A DNA stretch of 58,517 nt, filler included, from Asterionella formosa (Eukaryota), in NCBI GenBank assembly GCA_002256025.1. It is 7 parts of 7 records of this genome, joined end to end, with 100 filler letters (N's around TTAATTAATTAA, not from the genome) between each part and the next. Parts side by side here need not be neighbours in the genome. Positions count along the whole stretch, not along the records: positions 41,895 to 50,156 come from NKIB01012290.1; positions 50,257 to 58,517 come from NKIB01012291.1; 5 more parts are not named here. One strand, given 5' to 3'. The notes under the pieces were generated by a model that was given only the letters and a program-made list of their open reading frames with translations, was not told the DNA's origin and ran no database searches. Position 1 is the first letter of the stretch, and each line of letters starts with the position of its first letter. Position numbers and translations under genes: made by a program. This document shows positions 46,704 to 55,829 of the stretch, piece after piece.

Positions 46704-49454
46704 TTACCTATGAAAAGGTTTGATACGACGAATATTAATTCGTTCGGTAATGTGCATAGTGCATTGAAAAGTAACTGTACCATTGGCATGTACTTGAATA
46801 ATAGTATAAGGACCTCGTCCACGATCATCCAAAGTAGTAGGATTATCCAATAATATTAAAATCTCGTCACCCACTTTGTAATCATAAGATCGACGACGGA
46901 AATTAGCACAACGTAAACGTTCGTCAATTATCACTTGTCGATGTTGATGTATTAATTGTAAATCTGAAATCAAAGGAATATTTAATATCATATCACGTTG
47001 AAAAACCCATGCTCCTGGTGAAATACATAATATACCATGAATAGTAGCTCGAGCTGCATGTGACGCAGTTGCAAAACATGTATCCACAATATTTTGGGCT
47101 TGAAATTCATTGATTGGAGGATGAGCCTTTAACATAACTCGTAGACTATTGCTGATAGATTGATGTAAACGTTCACATATATCATTTGCTTGTGGATTCT
47201 TTTCTGTAGTAGTCACATCTTTGATTCCATTCAATACTAACATGTGTAAGAAAGGAGCACCAGTAAATTCACCTCCATTGTCATGTATACAGCGTTCTGG
47301 ACGGGGATATCTAGCTAACCAATCATTTTCAAATTTCATCGCAATATATTCTGATGTTTTATTGGTGATACGTGAAATTTCTGCTAAATTGGTGACTGTG
47401 TCAATACAAGTTAGAGCACGAAATTCAATCGTTTGAGCAGCCACTGTTATCTTCCATGGACCAATTAGATCTACTGCGACTTCTGACCATGGTAAAAATA
47501 ATGCATTCCTGGGCGGAAGTTCACCAAAACCAGTACCAGGTAATTTTGTACGTTGACATGCTTCACATACTCTTACAATATGTTCCACTCTTGCTTTTAA
47601 TGTAGGATGATAAAAATGTGTAGCAATTGTAGCATTTAATCTTGTCATACCCACATGAGCTAACATCTGATGATACCAATTAATAATAGGATCCAATAAT
47701 GATGTAGGAATAGCAATACGCCAAGTATCTCCTGGATTCTTCACAAAACATATTAAAAATATATCATGAAAATTGATAGAAGGAAATTTTAATGGATGTG
47801 TTTGTTGATTGAGAATCAATTGTATATCCAGCAATTGTCTATCATGTATTAAATTATAATCCAGAGGATATTGAATATTTTCTGTCAAGATGGGATGATT
47901 AAGGAAACATGTAAGCAAAGGTTCATCATCTAATTCAATTGAAAAAGTAGAAGTGGAAGTTGATGTTGGAGATTTCGGTCCAATATCAATATCATCCTCC
48001 ACCAAAGACTCAAGCCTCGGGAGGCGAGAGATGGAATCTGCAATAGCATTGTCAGTCCCTTTCACATAGTGAAAAGTAGGATGGTATTCTTCAATGTAAA
48101 GTCGCCATCGTAGAACACGTTGGGTATGTAATGTATTATAAATGAGATTTCGATGATCAGTGTGAACATGTAGAACTGCGCCCAATAACATAGAGCGGAA
48201 TTCTTTGAAAGTTTCTACCACAGAAAGTAATTCTTTTTCAATAGTAGTATAATTCTTTTGAGCAGCAGATAATTTGCGAGAATAATAAGCAACTGGGAGA
48301 TCATTTTGCATAATGACCGACCCTAATTGATAATCAGAAGCATCAGTAAAGATATGAAAAGGAAGATTATGGTCAGGATAACGCATGAGTGTACCTGCAA
48401 CTAACAATGCTTTCATTTCTTCAAAAGCTTGTTGATGGATAGGTATCCAGACAAATGGACTAGTTCCAATTAAATCCGTAAGTGGTCCAAGAACATGCGA
48501 TCGTCTAGGAAACATGTCTCGATAGTAAGTAACAGCACCGAGAAATGATCGAACTTGTTTAAGATTGGTAGGTGAAGACATATTAATCAATGCTCGGACC
48601 TTTTTAGACCAAGGTTTCAGTCCATTAGGAGTTAACCAATAGCCTAACCAATCTGTCTCTTGGACGGCCCATTCACACTTAGATGGATTAATTGTAAAAC
48701 CATTTATCTGTAAACGATATAAAATAGTGTCCAATAAATGAAGGTGATCTGAAAAATTCATTGAAAAACAACCCACATCATCAATATAAATTTCCACATC
48801 ATCTAAATCACTAAGGATCTGTTCCATAGTTTCTTGTGCAATGTCAGATGATTGTTTCACCCCCATAGGGAGGCGTAAATATTTATATAAACCAAATGGA
48901 GTTGAAATAACACATAAGTTTTGACTCTCCTCATCCAATGCAAAAGTATAGTATTGCATGGAAAGATCCAATTTGGTGAAAAATACATATCCAGCACGTT
49001 TAGTGAGAATAGTTTGTATTCGAGGCAAAGGATATATATTGCGATTGATGACTTTATTAAGTTCACGAAAATCTGATACCCATCGGACACTTCCATCCTT
49101 TTTTGGAATAATAAAAGTGGGAGATGCCCATTTAGAAGCACCACATTTTTGGAGGACTCCAATATCACATAATCGTTGTAATTCCGTTTTGAAAACTTTT
49201 AAATGAATATGAGCGACCGGATATGCTCGTTGATGACGAGGGACAGCATTTGATAATAATTCCAAATGTACCTGTTTATGAGGATAGACTTTTAATTTGC
49301 CATCAAAAAATGTTTGATATTTAACCAATATAGATCGTAAACAAGATCGTTGTATTGTTGTCAAATGTATCTGTTTATCCACCACTGTATCAATATTTAC
49401 GTAATTATATTCAGCAGCTTTAATTTCCAGCGCATATGAAGATTCCACAATCAT
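46704..49454 (-). CDS. Gypsy pol ORF (reverse transcriptase, RNase H, integrase)
   Basis: WASP.F..PKKDG..R...DFR.LN, LPMG, YIDD. TDASDYQLG, YTTIEKELL, TDHRNL. HHCC zinc finger, DLIGP, DNGGEF, ERLH, GPY motif. Confidence 0.93.
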   Translation of the reverse strand: MIVESSYALEIKAAEYNYVNIDTVVDKQIHLTTIQRSCLRSILVKYQTFFDGKLKVYPHKQVHLELLSNAVPRHQRAYPVAHIHLKVFKTELQRLCDIGVLQKCGASKWASPTFIIPKKDGSVRWVSDFRELNKVINRNIYPLPRIQTILTKRAGYVFFTKLDLSMQYYTFALDEESQNLCVISTPFGLYKYLRLPMGVKQSSDIAQETMEQILSDLDDVEIYIDDVGCFSMNFSDHLHLLDTILYRLQINGFTINPSKCEWAVQETDWLGYWLTPNGLKPWSKKVRALINMSSPTNLKQVRSFLGAVTYYRDMFPRRSHVLGPLTDLIGTSPFVWIPIHQQAFEEMKALLVAGTLMRYPDHNLPFHIFTDASDYQLGSVIMQNDLPVAYYSRKLSAAQKNYTTIEKELLSVVETFKEFRSMLLGAVLHVHTDHRNLIYNTLHTQRVLRWRLYIEEYHPTFHYVKGTDNAIADSISRLPRLESLVEDDIDIGPKSPTSTSTSTFSIELDDEPLLTCFLNHPILTENIQYPLDYNLIHDRQLLDIQLILNQQTHPLKFPSINFHDIFLICFVKNPGDTWRIAIPTSLLDPIINWYHQMLAHVGMTRLNATIATHFYHPTLKARVEHIVRVCEACQRTKLPGTGFGELPPRNALFLPWSEVAVDLIGPWKITVAAQTIEFRALTCIDTVTNLAEISRITNKTSEYIAMKFENDWLARYPRPERCIHDNGGEFTGAPFLHMLVLNGIKDVTTTEKNPQANDICERLHQSISNSLRVMLKAHPPINEFQAQNIVDTCFATASHAARATIHGILCISPGAWVFQRDMILNIPLISDLQLIHQHRQVIIDERLRCANFRRRSYDYKVGDEILILLDNPTTLDDRGRGPYTIIQVHANGTVTFQCTMHITERINIRRIKPFHR

Positions 49455-49829
49455 AGGTGCATCGAAATATAATAATATATCTCGTCAACGTTCTCTATCA
49501 TCAAAGAATGTGAGAGGATGCATAGGAACAATCATATCCATACAGGACATGGTGTTATTTACGAAGTCAATGGTTAAACCAACTTGACGTAGGAAATCAC
49601 ATCCTAAAATAACATCAAATGTGCATAGACCATTAAAGACTTGACACTTTTGTTGTAAAATAAGAGCGGATCGATTAAATTCCGGTAAAATCAGGTCATA
49701 TAGCATGACACTGGCATGAGATTATTAAGTACCAGCTATGGTATGTATTAATTGTGAAGTCTCGTCAGACAAAGAAATACCTTGAGGCATAACCCGTTCA
49801 TGTATTAAGGATAACGATCCTCCACTATA

Positions 49830-50156
49830 TCGGAATCAAATCAATTGATGTTAAAATATCCTTAGAAGTAAAACAGGAAACCGGAATTGGGCCCTGATAT
49901 GTATATGGAACATCATGTCCATCACATCTAAGCCGCGTATTACGTGAAGTGACCATCACATAAATAAGCCTAGTTGATTTTGAATGCATCACATGAATTA
50001 GTTGAATACATCAAAATACATAGTTGAATATATCTATATATTATCTGAATACATCACGTTAAATATTTGATCAAAGTATCATGCATGCATTCCTGATCAT
50101 CACTATATTATGTGATCACCTTCACATAATTATTTGAAATACTTCACATAATTATT
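49830..50156. repeat. Dispersed AT-rich repeat abutting the Gypsy truncation point; same family as window start
   Basis: 50021-50146 matches 1-133. Confidence 0.7.
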
Positions 50157-50256
50157 NNNNNNNNNNNNNNNNNNNNNNNNNNNNNNNNNNNNNNNNNNNN
50201 TTAATTAATTAANNNNNNNNNNNNNNNNNNNNNNNNNNNNNNNNNNNNNNNNNNNN
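50157..50256. other. Artificial scaffold linker
   Basis: N44-TTAATTAATTAA-N44. Confidence 0.97.
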
Positions 50257-50474
50257 TTTTCAGCGTACAACAAGAGTTGTTGCCACCTGGTTTGGGTTTT
50301 GCATTTAACATTGCTGATTGCATCGCGACACAGGCATAGCTCCCTGCTGATGGCTACCGAACGAAGGATGCTTAGCAATTGGTTCTTGTAGAAGATTACC
50401 TGAAAGCGCTGGACTCAGCCACTACCCATCTACCGCACTCGACACAGGCAATCGAGGTCGTCTGATCGATCACC

Positions 50475-52946
50475 ATGCCGACTGCGCCACCAGAGCTGGG
50501 CGGAGAAGTATCTCCCTTGCTGAGACCGAAAGTATCCCGCAAATTCCACGGTTTTGCTAAGCAGTATACGTACGAATTCCTTGAATCCTTCTATGCGTCC
50601 GCCAGAGACCGAGCCGGTGGGGGAGTAGGATCTGCTGCCTTTCTTATCAGAGATGCTGTCTTGGGGCCGCTTGAAGATCCAGCTGAAGGAGCCTACAATC
50701 CGTACACGCATCACGGACTGCGTCCGGTAATATCGGTCATCTGCCGTCGTCTCTGTGCGGCCAGGGTGGTTCGGTTCTTGAGTCTGGCTGCCGTGTGGAT
50801 GCTCGTTCTTGTGTCCTTCCTGGAACCTCCCAATTGGTGTAGAACCGCTAGCTGCAATGTCGTCCTGTCGATGCGAGGACCTGCCGCCGATGAGCCAACC
50901 CTTGTTGTGGAATACTATCCAAACTCATCTACACTTATGCTCACGGAATATCAAGCAAGTATGCTCGATTTGGGATGTTGGACTGTGCTCGTCATTCGAA
51001 TCTTGCTCCAGATCGGTCGCGATGGCATGTCCCCCCAACGCTACTTTCGACCAGGACCGGCACGATGGCTTAGGACCCTGGAAGTAGTGGTGGTCTCACT
51101 ACTGGGATATTATGTGCTATCCGTAATTACCTATCAGAATAGCTCGTCGGCCAGAGTTTTGGCTCCGTTTTTACGAATTTCAGTGCTCTTTGCCTTTTGC
51201 CGCGAGTGCCAACGAGAGTTTGCGACTTCACTCAAATTTCTACCTGAAGTTTTGTGGTTGCTTTTACTATTGCTTTTGTGGCTGGTTTTCTTTTCTTGGA
51301 TTGGTGTTGTTGCCTTTTATGGATCCGACCAGGGTGACCAACACTTTCCTAATCTTGTGGAAGCCATGTGGACAATGTGGCAAATGACGACAACGGTCAA
51401 CTATCCTGATGTCATGATGCCAGCATACAACAAAATCCGTGGCTCGGCATGGTTTTTTATCATTTACATGGTCATTACCTTTTTCTTCTTGATGAATTTG
51501 CTCCTTGCGAGCATCGTTAATGCTCATGATAATGAATTGGAGTTTAGGGCCAAGGAACAAAAAGCCTTTTGCAAATCCAATTTGAAGGAAGCGTACCGCC
51601 ACATGGATACTCAAGGTGAAGGAAAAATTAATCGAGAAACTGTCATGGCATTGTTTCTTATCCTTAATGAAGATTTTCCGGAAATTAGAAAGGTCCCGGA
51701 TGAAGAATGCAGAATTCTTTTTGCTATTTTGGACAAGGATGGTGATCAATTGATCACGGAAGAAGAATTTATGAGCTTTGGTGTGATTCTTTTACTAAAG
51801 TTCGAAAAGGAATCTACTTATGTCACCTTTATTGAGACGGTATTCCCTGTAGTGTATAAAAGTGTTTCGTACCAGCGGTTCTGCACAATCATTCGCTCGA
51901 CTTATTTTGAGGGGGTGATCGATATCATTCTTGTACTTAACGCTGTTATTGTGGGTATCCAGTCATGGCCCATGTTGATGGGTCAGACTGTTGACATTGA
52001 TCCACATTTGAAAGACGGTGAAATCGACACTGTGTGGGAAAAATTCCAATCGATCTTTACATGCATTTACTTTGTGGAAGTTGTTGTCAAAGTTTTTGTT
52101 TTCGGATGGAAACGATACAGTGAATCGGGGAAAAACATGTTTGACTTCTGCATCACAGGTCTTTCGATTGGTACTACCATTTATGTCTATTACCCAAACG
52201 ACTTTTCCAACAGTATTCTCATTCGCTTAGTCGTCATGGCTCGAGTTTTTCGACTTGGCCGGCTTTTGGCAGCACTGCGACCATTTCAGGTGCTGGCCAA
52301 GATTTCCATGGATATCTTTCCCAAGGCCCGCAACGTGTTGTTGTTGCTGTTTATTATCATGTACATATTCGCAGCCCTGGGTGTTCAGTTGTTTGGGGGA
52401 TGGATCACTCGCGATCCAAGCAACCCAAAATCATCTTTGCTTCTCGGTACTGATTTCGCCGCCGCTGCATACTGGGCCAACAATTTCAATGACATGATTA
52501 GCGGAATGAATGTTCTATTCAACTTGTTGGTAATCAACAACTGGCAAGTTTGTTCTGACGGCTTCGAAGCCGTGGCTCAAAATTTGTTCACTCGTTTCTA
52601 CTTTCTAGCATTTCACATATGTGGAATTATTTTGGTGAATAACCTCGTCATTGCTTTCATTATCAATGCCTTCATTCATGAGTGGGACGTCTTTCATGAA
52701 ATAACAGACAAGAAAGAAGTCCATGGGGAAGCCGTCATTCATAATCGTAGGGCAGCCTTTGATGCTTCGGAAGTGACGGGTACCCCCACTGATCTCACTG
52801 GAAAGTATGTCGTAAGAATTGAGGGAGGAGATATGTCCAGCGAGCATCAACAATTCATGTTGAAATCTATGTTCACAAGGAGTGATAGTTCTGTCCCAAG
52901 TTCCGTCATGGAAAATCACGTTGCCGTTTCGTCCAGTACCATTTAG
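50475..52946 (+). CDS. TPC1: Two-pore channel (TPC family) with EF-hand linker
   Basis: 823-aa ORF with two channel repeats. SFLEPPNWC, pore I MTTTVNYPDVMMPAY, EF loops DTQGEGKINRE and DKDGDQLITEEEF, S4 RLVVMARVFRLGRL, NNFND...LFNLLVINNW pore II. Confidence 0.92.
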   Translation: MPTAPPELGGEVSPLLRPKVSRKFHGFAKQYTYEFLESFYASARDRAGGGVGSAAFLIRDAVLGPLEDPAEGAYNPYTHHGLRPVISVICRRLCAARVVRFLSLAAVWMLVLVSFLEPPNWCRTASCNVVLSMRGPAADEPTLVVEYYPNSSTLMLTEYQASMLDLGCWTVLVIRILLQIGRDGMSPQRYFRPGPARWLRTLEVVVVSLLGYYVLSVITYQNSSSARVLAPFLRISVLFAFCRECQREFATSLKFLPEVLWLLLLLLLWLVFFSWIGVVAFYGSDQGDQHFPNLVEAMWTMWQMTTTVNYPDVMMPAYNKIRGSAWFFIIYMVITFFFLMNLLLASIVNAHDNELEFRAKEQKAFCKSNLKEAYRHMDTQGEGKINRETVMALFLILNEDFPEIRKVPDEECRILFAILDKDGDQLITEEEFMSFGVILLLKFEKESTYVTFIETVFPVVYKSVSYQRFCTIIRSTYFEGVIDIILVLNAVIVGIQSWPMLMGQTVDIDPHLKDGEIDTVWEKFQSIFTCIYFVEVVVKVFVFGWKRYSESGKNMFDFCITGLSIGTTIYVYYPNDFSNSILIRLVVMARVFRLGRLLAALRPFQVLAKISMDIFPKARNVLLLLFIIMYIFAALGVQLFGGWITRDPSNPKSSLLLGTDFAAAAYWANNFNDMISGMNVLFNLLVINNWQVCSDGFEAVAQNLFTRFYFLAFHICGIILVNNLVIAFIINAFIHEWDVFHEITDKKEVHGEAVIHNRRAAFDASEVTGTPTDLTGKYVVRIEGGDMSSEHQQFMLKSMFTRSDSSVPSSVMENHVAVSSSTI

Positions 52947-53489
52947 AGTAAGTCAATCCAATTCTGTCACAATTGACTCTGCGATATAGGCCCTTAGTGT
53001 TCAAATTCCTATGCTTCTTTAGTATGATATACATACCTTCAGCAAGCAGATATTGAAACCCGATTGTTCTGCTCATTTATGAATAGCCTTTAATTGTAAG
53101 TTTGCTCCAAATTGTTATTTCAATGATCAACCCATACCTCCTCGCTTCAATTTCTACAGACAGAGACTATGCTGAATAGTTGTATGAGTTACGGGTTGTT
53201 GTGCTGGAGCCAAGGCTATTTATTCGATTCGATCCAGTCAGTGTTTCAATGCAGAAACTATGTGTAATTCTTTTTTCTTTTTATCTGGGAAGAGTCCAGC
53301 AAAATAGAGACTACTGAGACGTTTGATGAATAAATTGTGTTGAAGCCAAGGCTATTTCAGTCAATGCAGTCATTGTTTCAATGTAAATACACATAGTTAT
53401 CGATTTTCTTTTCTTTCTATCTGGGGAGAGTTGCTTGTGAGGAACACGGTAGGAATACATTACATGAGCTTGTGATGAAGATTGCTGAG

Positions 53490-54303
53490 CTAAATCACAT
53501 GAGCTTGTGCAACGTTGTTGTCTTCGGGAAATGCTTGTACGGAAGCGAATGGCATGTCCTCTGCTGTATTGACGATACATGGGGTGCCACTTGCCATCAC
53601 GCAAATGACCTTTTGAAGGCCGGACTCACCCGAGGAATCGTTGGACACAGTATAGCTGATGCCTAAAACAGCATTACATCCACACGTAGCCGCCTTCTGG
53701 AGAATTTTGCTCTGAGCCTGTTGAATGAGCTTTCCGAGTTTCTTTGCTAATCCATTTAAATCAACAGAAGAACTATTGACACCATCAACGTAGAAGGCTT
53801 CAGCGAAATCNNNNNNNNNNNNNNNNNNNNNNNNNNNNNNNNNNNNNNNNNNNNNNNNNNNNNNNNNNNNNNNNNNNNNNNNNNNNNNNNNNNNNNNNNN
53901 NNNNNNNNNNNNNNNNNNNNNNNNNNNNNNNNNNNNNNNNNNNNNNNNNNNNGCCACCATCAACGTAGAAGGCTTCAGCGACCACTGTAAAAATTATAGG
54001 TTTGGCCATCAGGACAACCATACCGGGAAGTGTATGGACTGTTGATGCGTAGATGTTGGTGATGTCTGGGACAGAGATTTCAAATGAATCGTTTTGTTTC
54101 TTTCCTGGAGGAATTTTGACTGTGAAACTCTGACCAGCGATGGTCACCGAACACTCTTGACCAGCCTTTTTATTCTTTGGAACCGTGACGTTGTAAAGCT
54201 TTTCCTTCCTTCCGATGTTGGGAAGTTTAACACCAGCAAGCGGTGGTGTGGACGCACCTGCTAAGGAGTCGCTGTAACTTGCCTTGCCACTGACCCCTCC
54301 CAT
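53490..54303 (-). CDS. YbjQ/UPF0145-domain protein, paralog A (interrupted by N-gap 53811-53952)
   Basis: N-terminal VTVP....GQ...V...G..F.V.IPPG beta module, then LPG..V...K.II and AQSKILQKA...GCNAVLGI...VMASGTPCIV typical of the YbjQ fold. Confidence 0.7.
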
Positions 54304-55208
54304 TGTTGGTTTCTTTGTTGGGGTTTTGCTTTTATGACTCGTCGTTCAACTACCGGTATCATACTTTCAATAGTTGTACCGGTACACTTGTACTTTTTTA
54401 TATTTTTACCATCATCTAAACACACTTACCCGTAGCTAAATTACGTACCAGCAAGGTGCTGGTAATTCTTTCCTTGTACCGGTACATAGACTTATTAAGC
54501 GTAGCAATAAACTACTGGACTGCTCCTCCCTGGCTTTCTGCACGAATCAATTGCTGAAGGCAAGACGATAGATATACCGGTAGCTGCAGTGGGAATCATT
54601 GCTGTTGCCTTGCTTCTTTTATCCAGATGAGCAACATCAGATTCCCGGTAGATTCGTATTCTCATTTGCCCATACATAATACATCGTTCATGGACGCTGT
54701 TTTGTCACACAAGAAGATTCGATGCTTTTGTTCGACATCAGCAGCATATGCACATAGTGCCGGTAAGCATACGCACAGGTAGAAATCATTTGTCTGATTG
54801 TAGTACCAGGTACCTGGTAGACTACCGAAATATGGCATAATTGATAATATGTGAGCGAGTTTGGCAAATGTGTGCAAGAGAGACAATACCGGTACTCAAT
54901 ATTTGTAGGAATTAGTTGTTCTGGAGCCAAGGCTATCAAGTCGATTCAGACTGTGTTTCAATGCAAAATGTATATGAAATTATTTTTTTCTTTTCTTTTT
55001 ATCTGGGGAGAGACCAGCAACTAGAGACTACTGAGTAGTCGGATAAATTAATTAAGCTGGAGCCAAGGCTATTATTTAGTCAGTGCAGACATTGTTTCAA
55101 GGTAAATACACATAATCGGTTTTCTTTTCTTTCCATCTTGAGAGAGTTGCACGTGAGGAACATGGCTGATACATCACATGAAATTGTGACCAACACTGCT
55201 GAGCTAAA

Positions 55209-55829
55209 TCACCTGAGTTGTGTAACGTTGTTGTTTTCGGGAAATGCTTGTACCGAAGCGATTGGCATGTCCTCTGCCGTATTTACGATACATGGTGTGC
55301 CACTTGCCGTCACACAAACGATCTTTTGAAGGCCACAGTCACCCGAGGAATCGTTGGACACAGTGAAGCTGATACCTAGAACAGCATTACATCCATAAGC
55401 AACCGCCTTCTGGAGAATTTTGCTCTGAGCTTCTTGAATGAGCTGTCCGATTTTTCTTGGTAGTGCAACGAAATCAGATGCTGAACTAGTCGAGTAGGCT
55501 TCAGCGACAGAACCAAAGATTATAGGCTTGGCCATCAGGACAACCATACCGGGAAGTGTTGGGAGTGACGATGCATAGATTCTGGTGATATCATTAACAG
55601 AGATTGTAAATGAATCGTTTTCTTTCTTTCCCGGAGGAATTTTGACTGTGAAACTCTGACCAGCGATGGTCACCGAACACTCTTGACCAGCCTTTTTATT
55701 CTTTGGGACCTTGATTTTGTACAGTTTTTCCGTCGGGAGTATGTTGGGAATTCTTACACCAGCAAGCGGTGGTGTGGACGCACCTCCTAAGGTGTCGCTG
55801 AAACTTACCTTTCCATTGGCCCTTCGCAT
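55209..55829 (-). CDS. YbjQ/UPF0145-domain protein, paralog B (tandem duplicate)
   Basis: Uninterrupted ORF from ATG 55829, highly similar to paralog A. Flanking non-coding DNA is also duplicated (~53200-54345 versus ~54915-55875). Confidence 0.72.
   Translation of the reverse strand: MRRANGKVSFSDTLGGASTPPLAGVRIPNILPTEKLYKIKVPKNKKAGQECSVTIAGQSFTVKIPPGKKENDSFTISVNDITRIYASSLPTLPGMVVLMAKPIIFGSVAEAYSTSSASDFVALPRKIGQLIQEAQSKILQKAVAYGCNAVLGISFTVSNDSSGDCGLQKIVCVTASGTPCIVNTAEDMPIASVQAFPENNNVTQLR

Larger units (their letters stand above)
46486..49828 (-). mobile_element. Ty3/Gypsy LTR retrotransposon, 5'-truncated within the protease
   Basis: Domain order PR-RT-RH-INT, then PPT and LTR. The protease remnant SGGSLSLI...DVILGCDFL (49485-49828) is out of frame with the RT ORF. 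No gag or 5' LTR. Confidence 0.92.
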
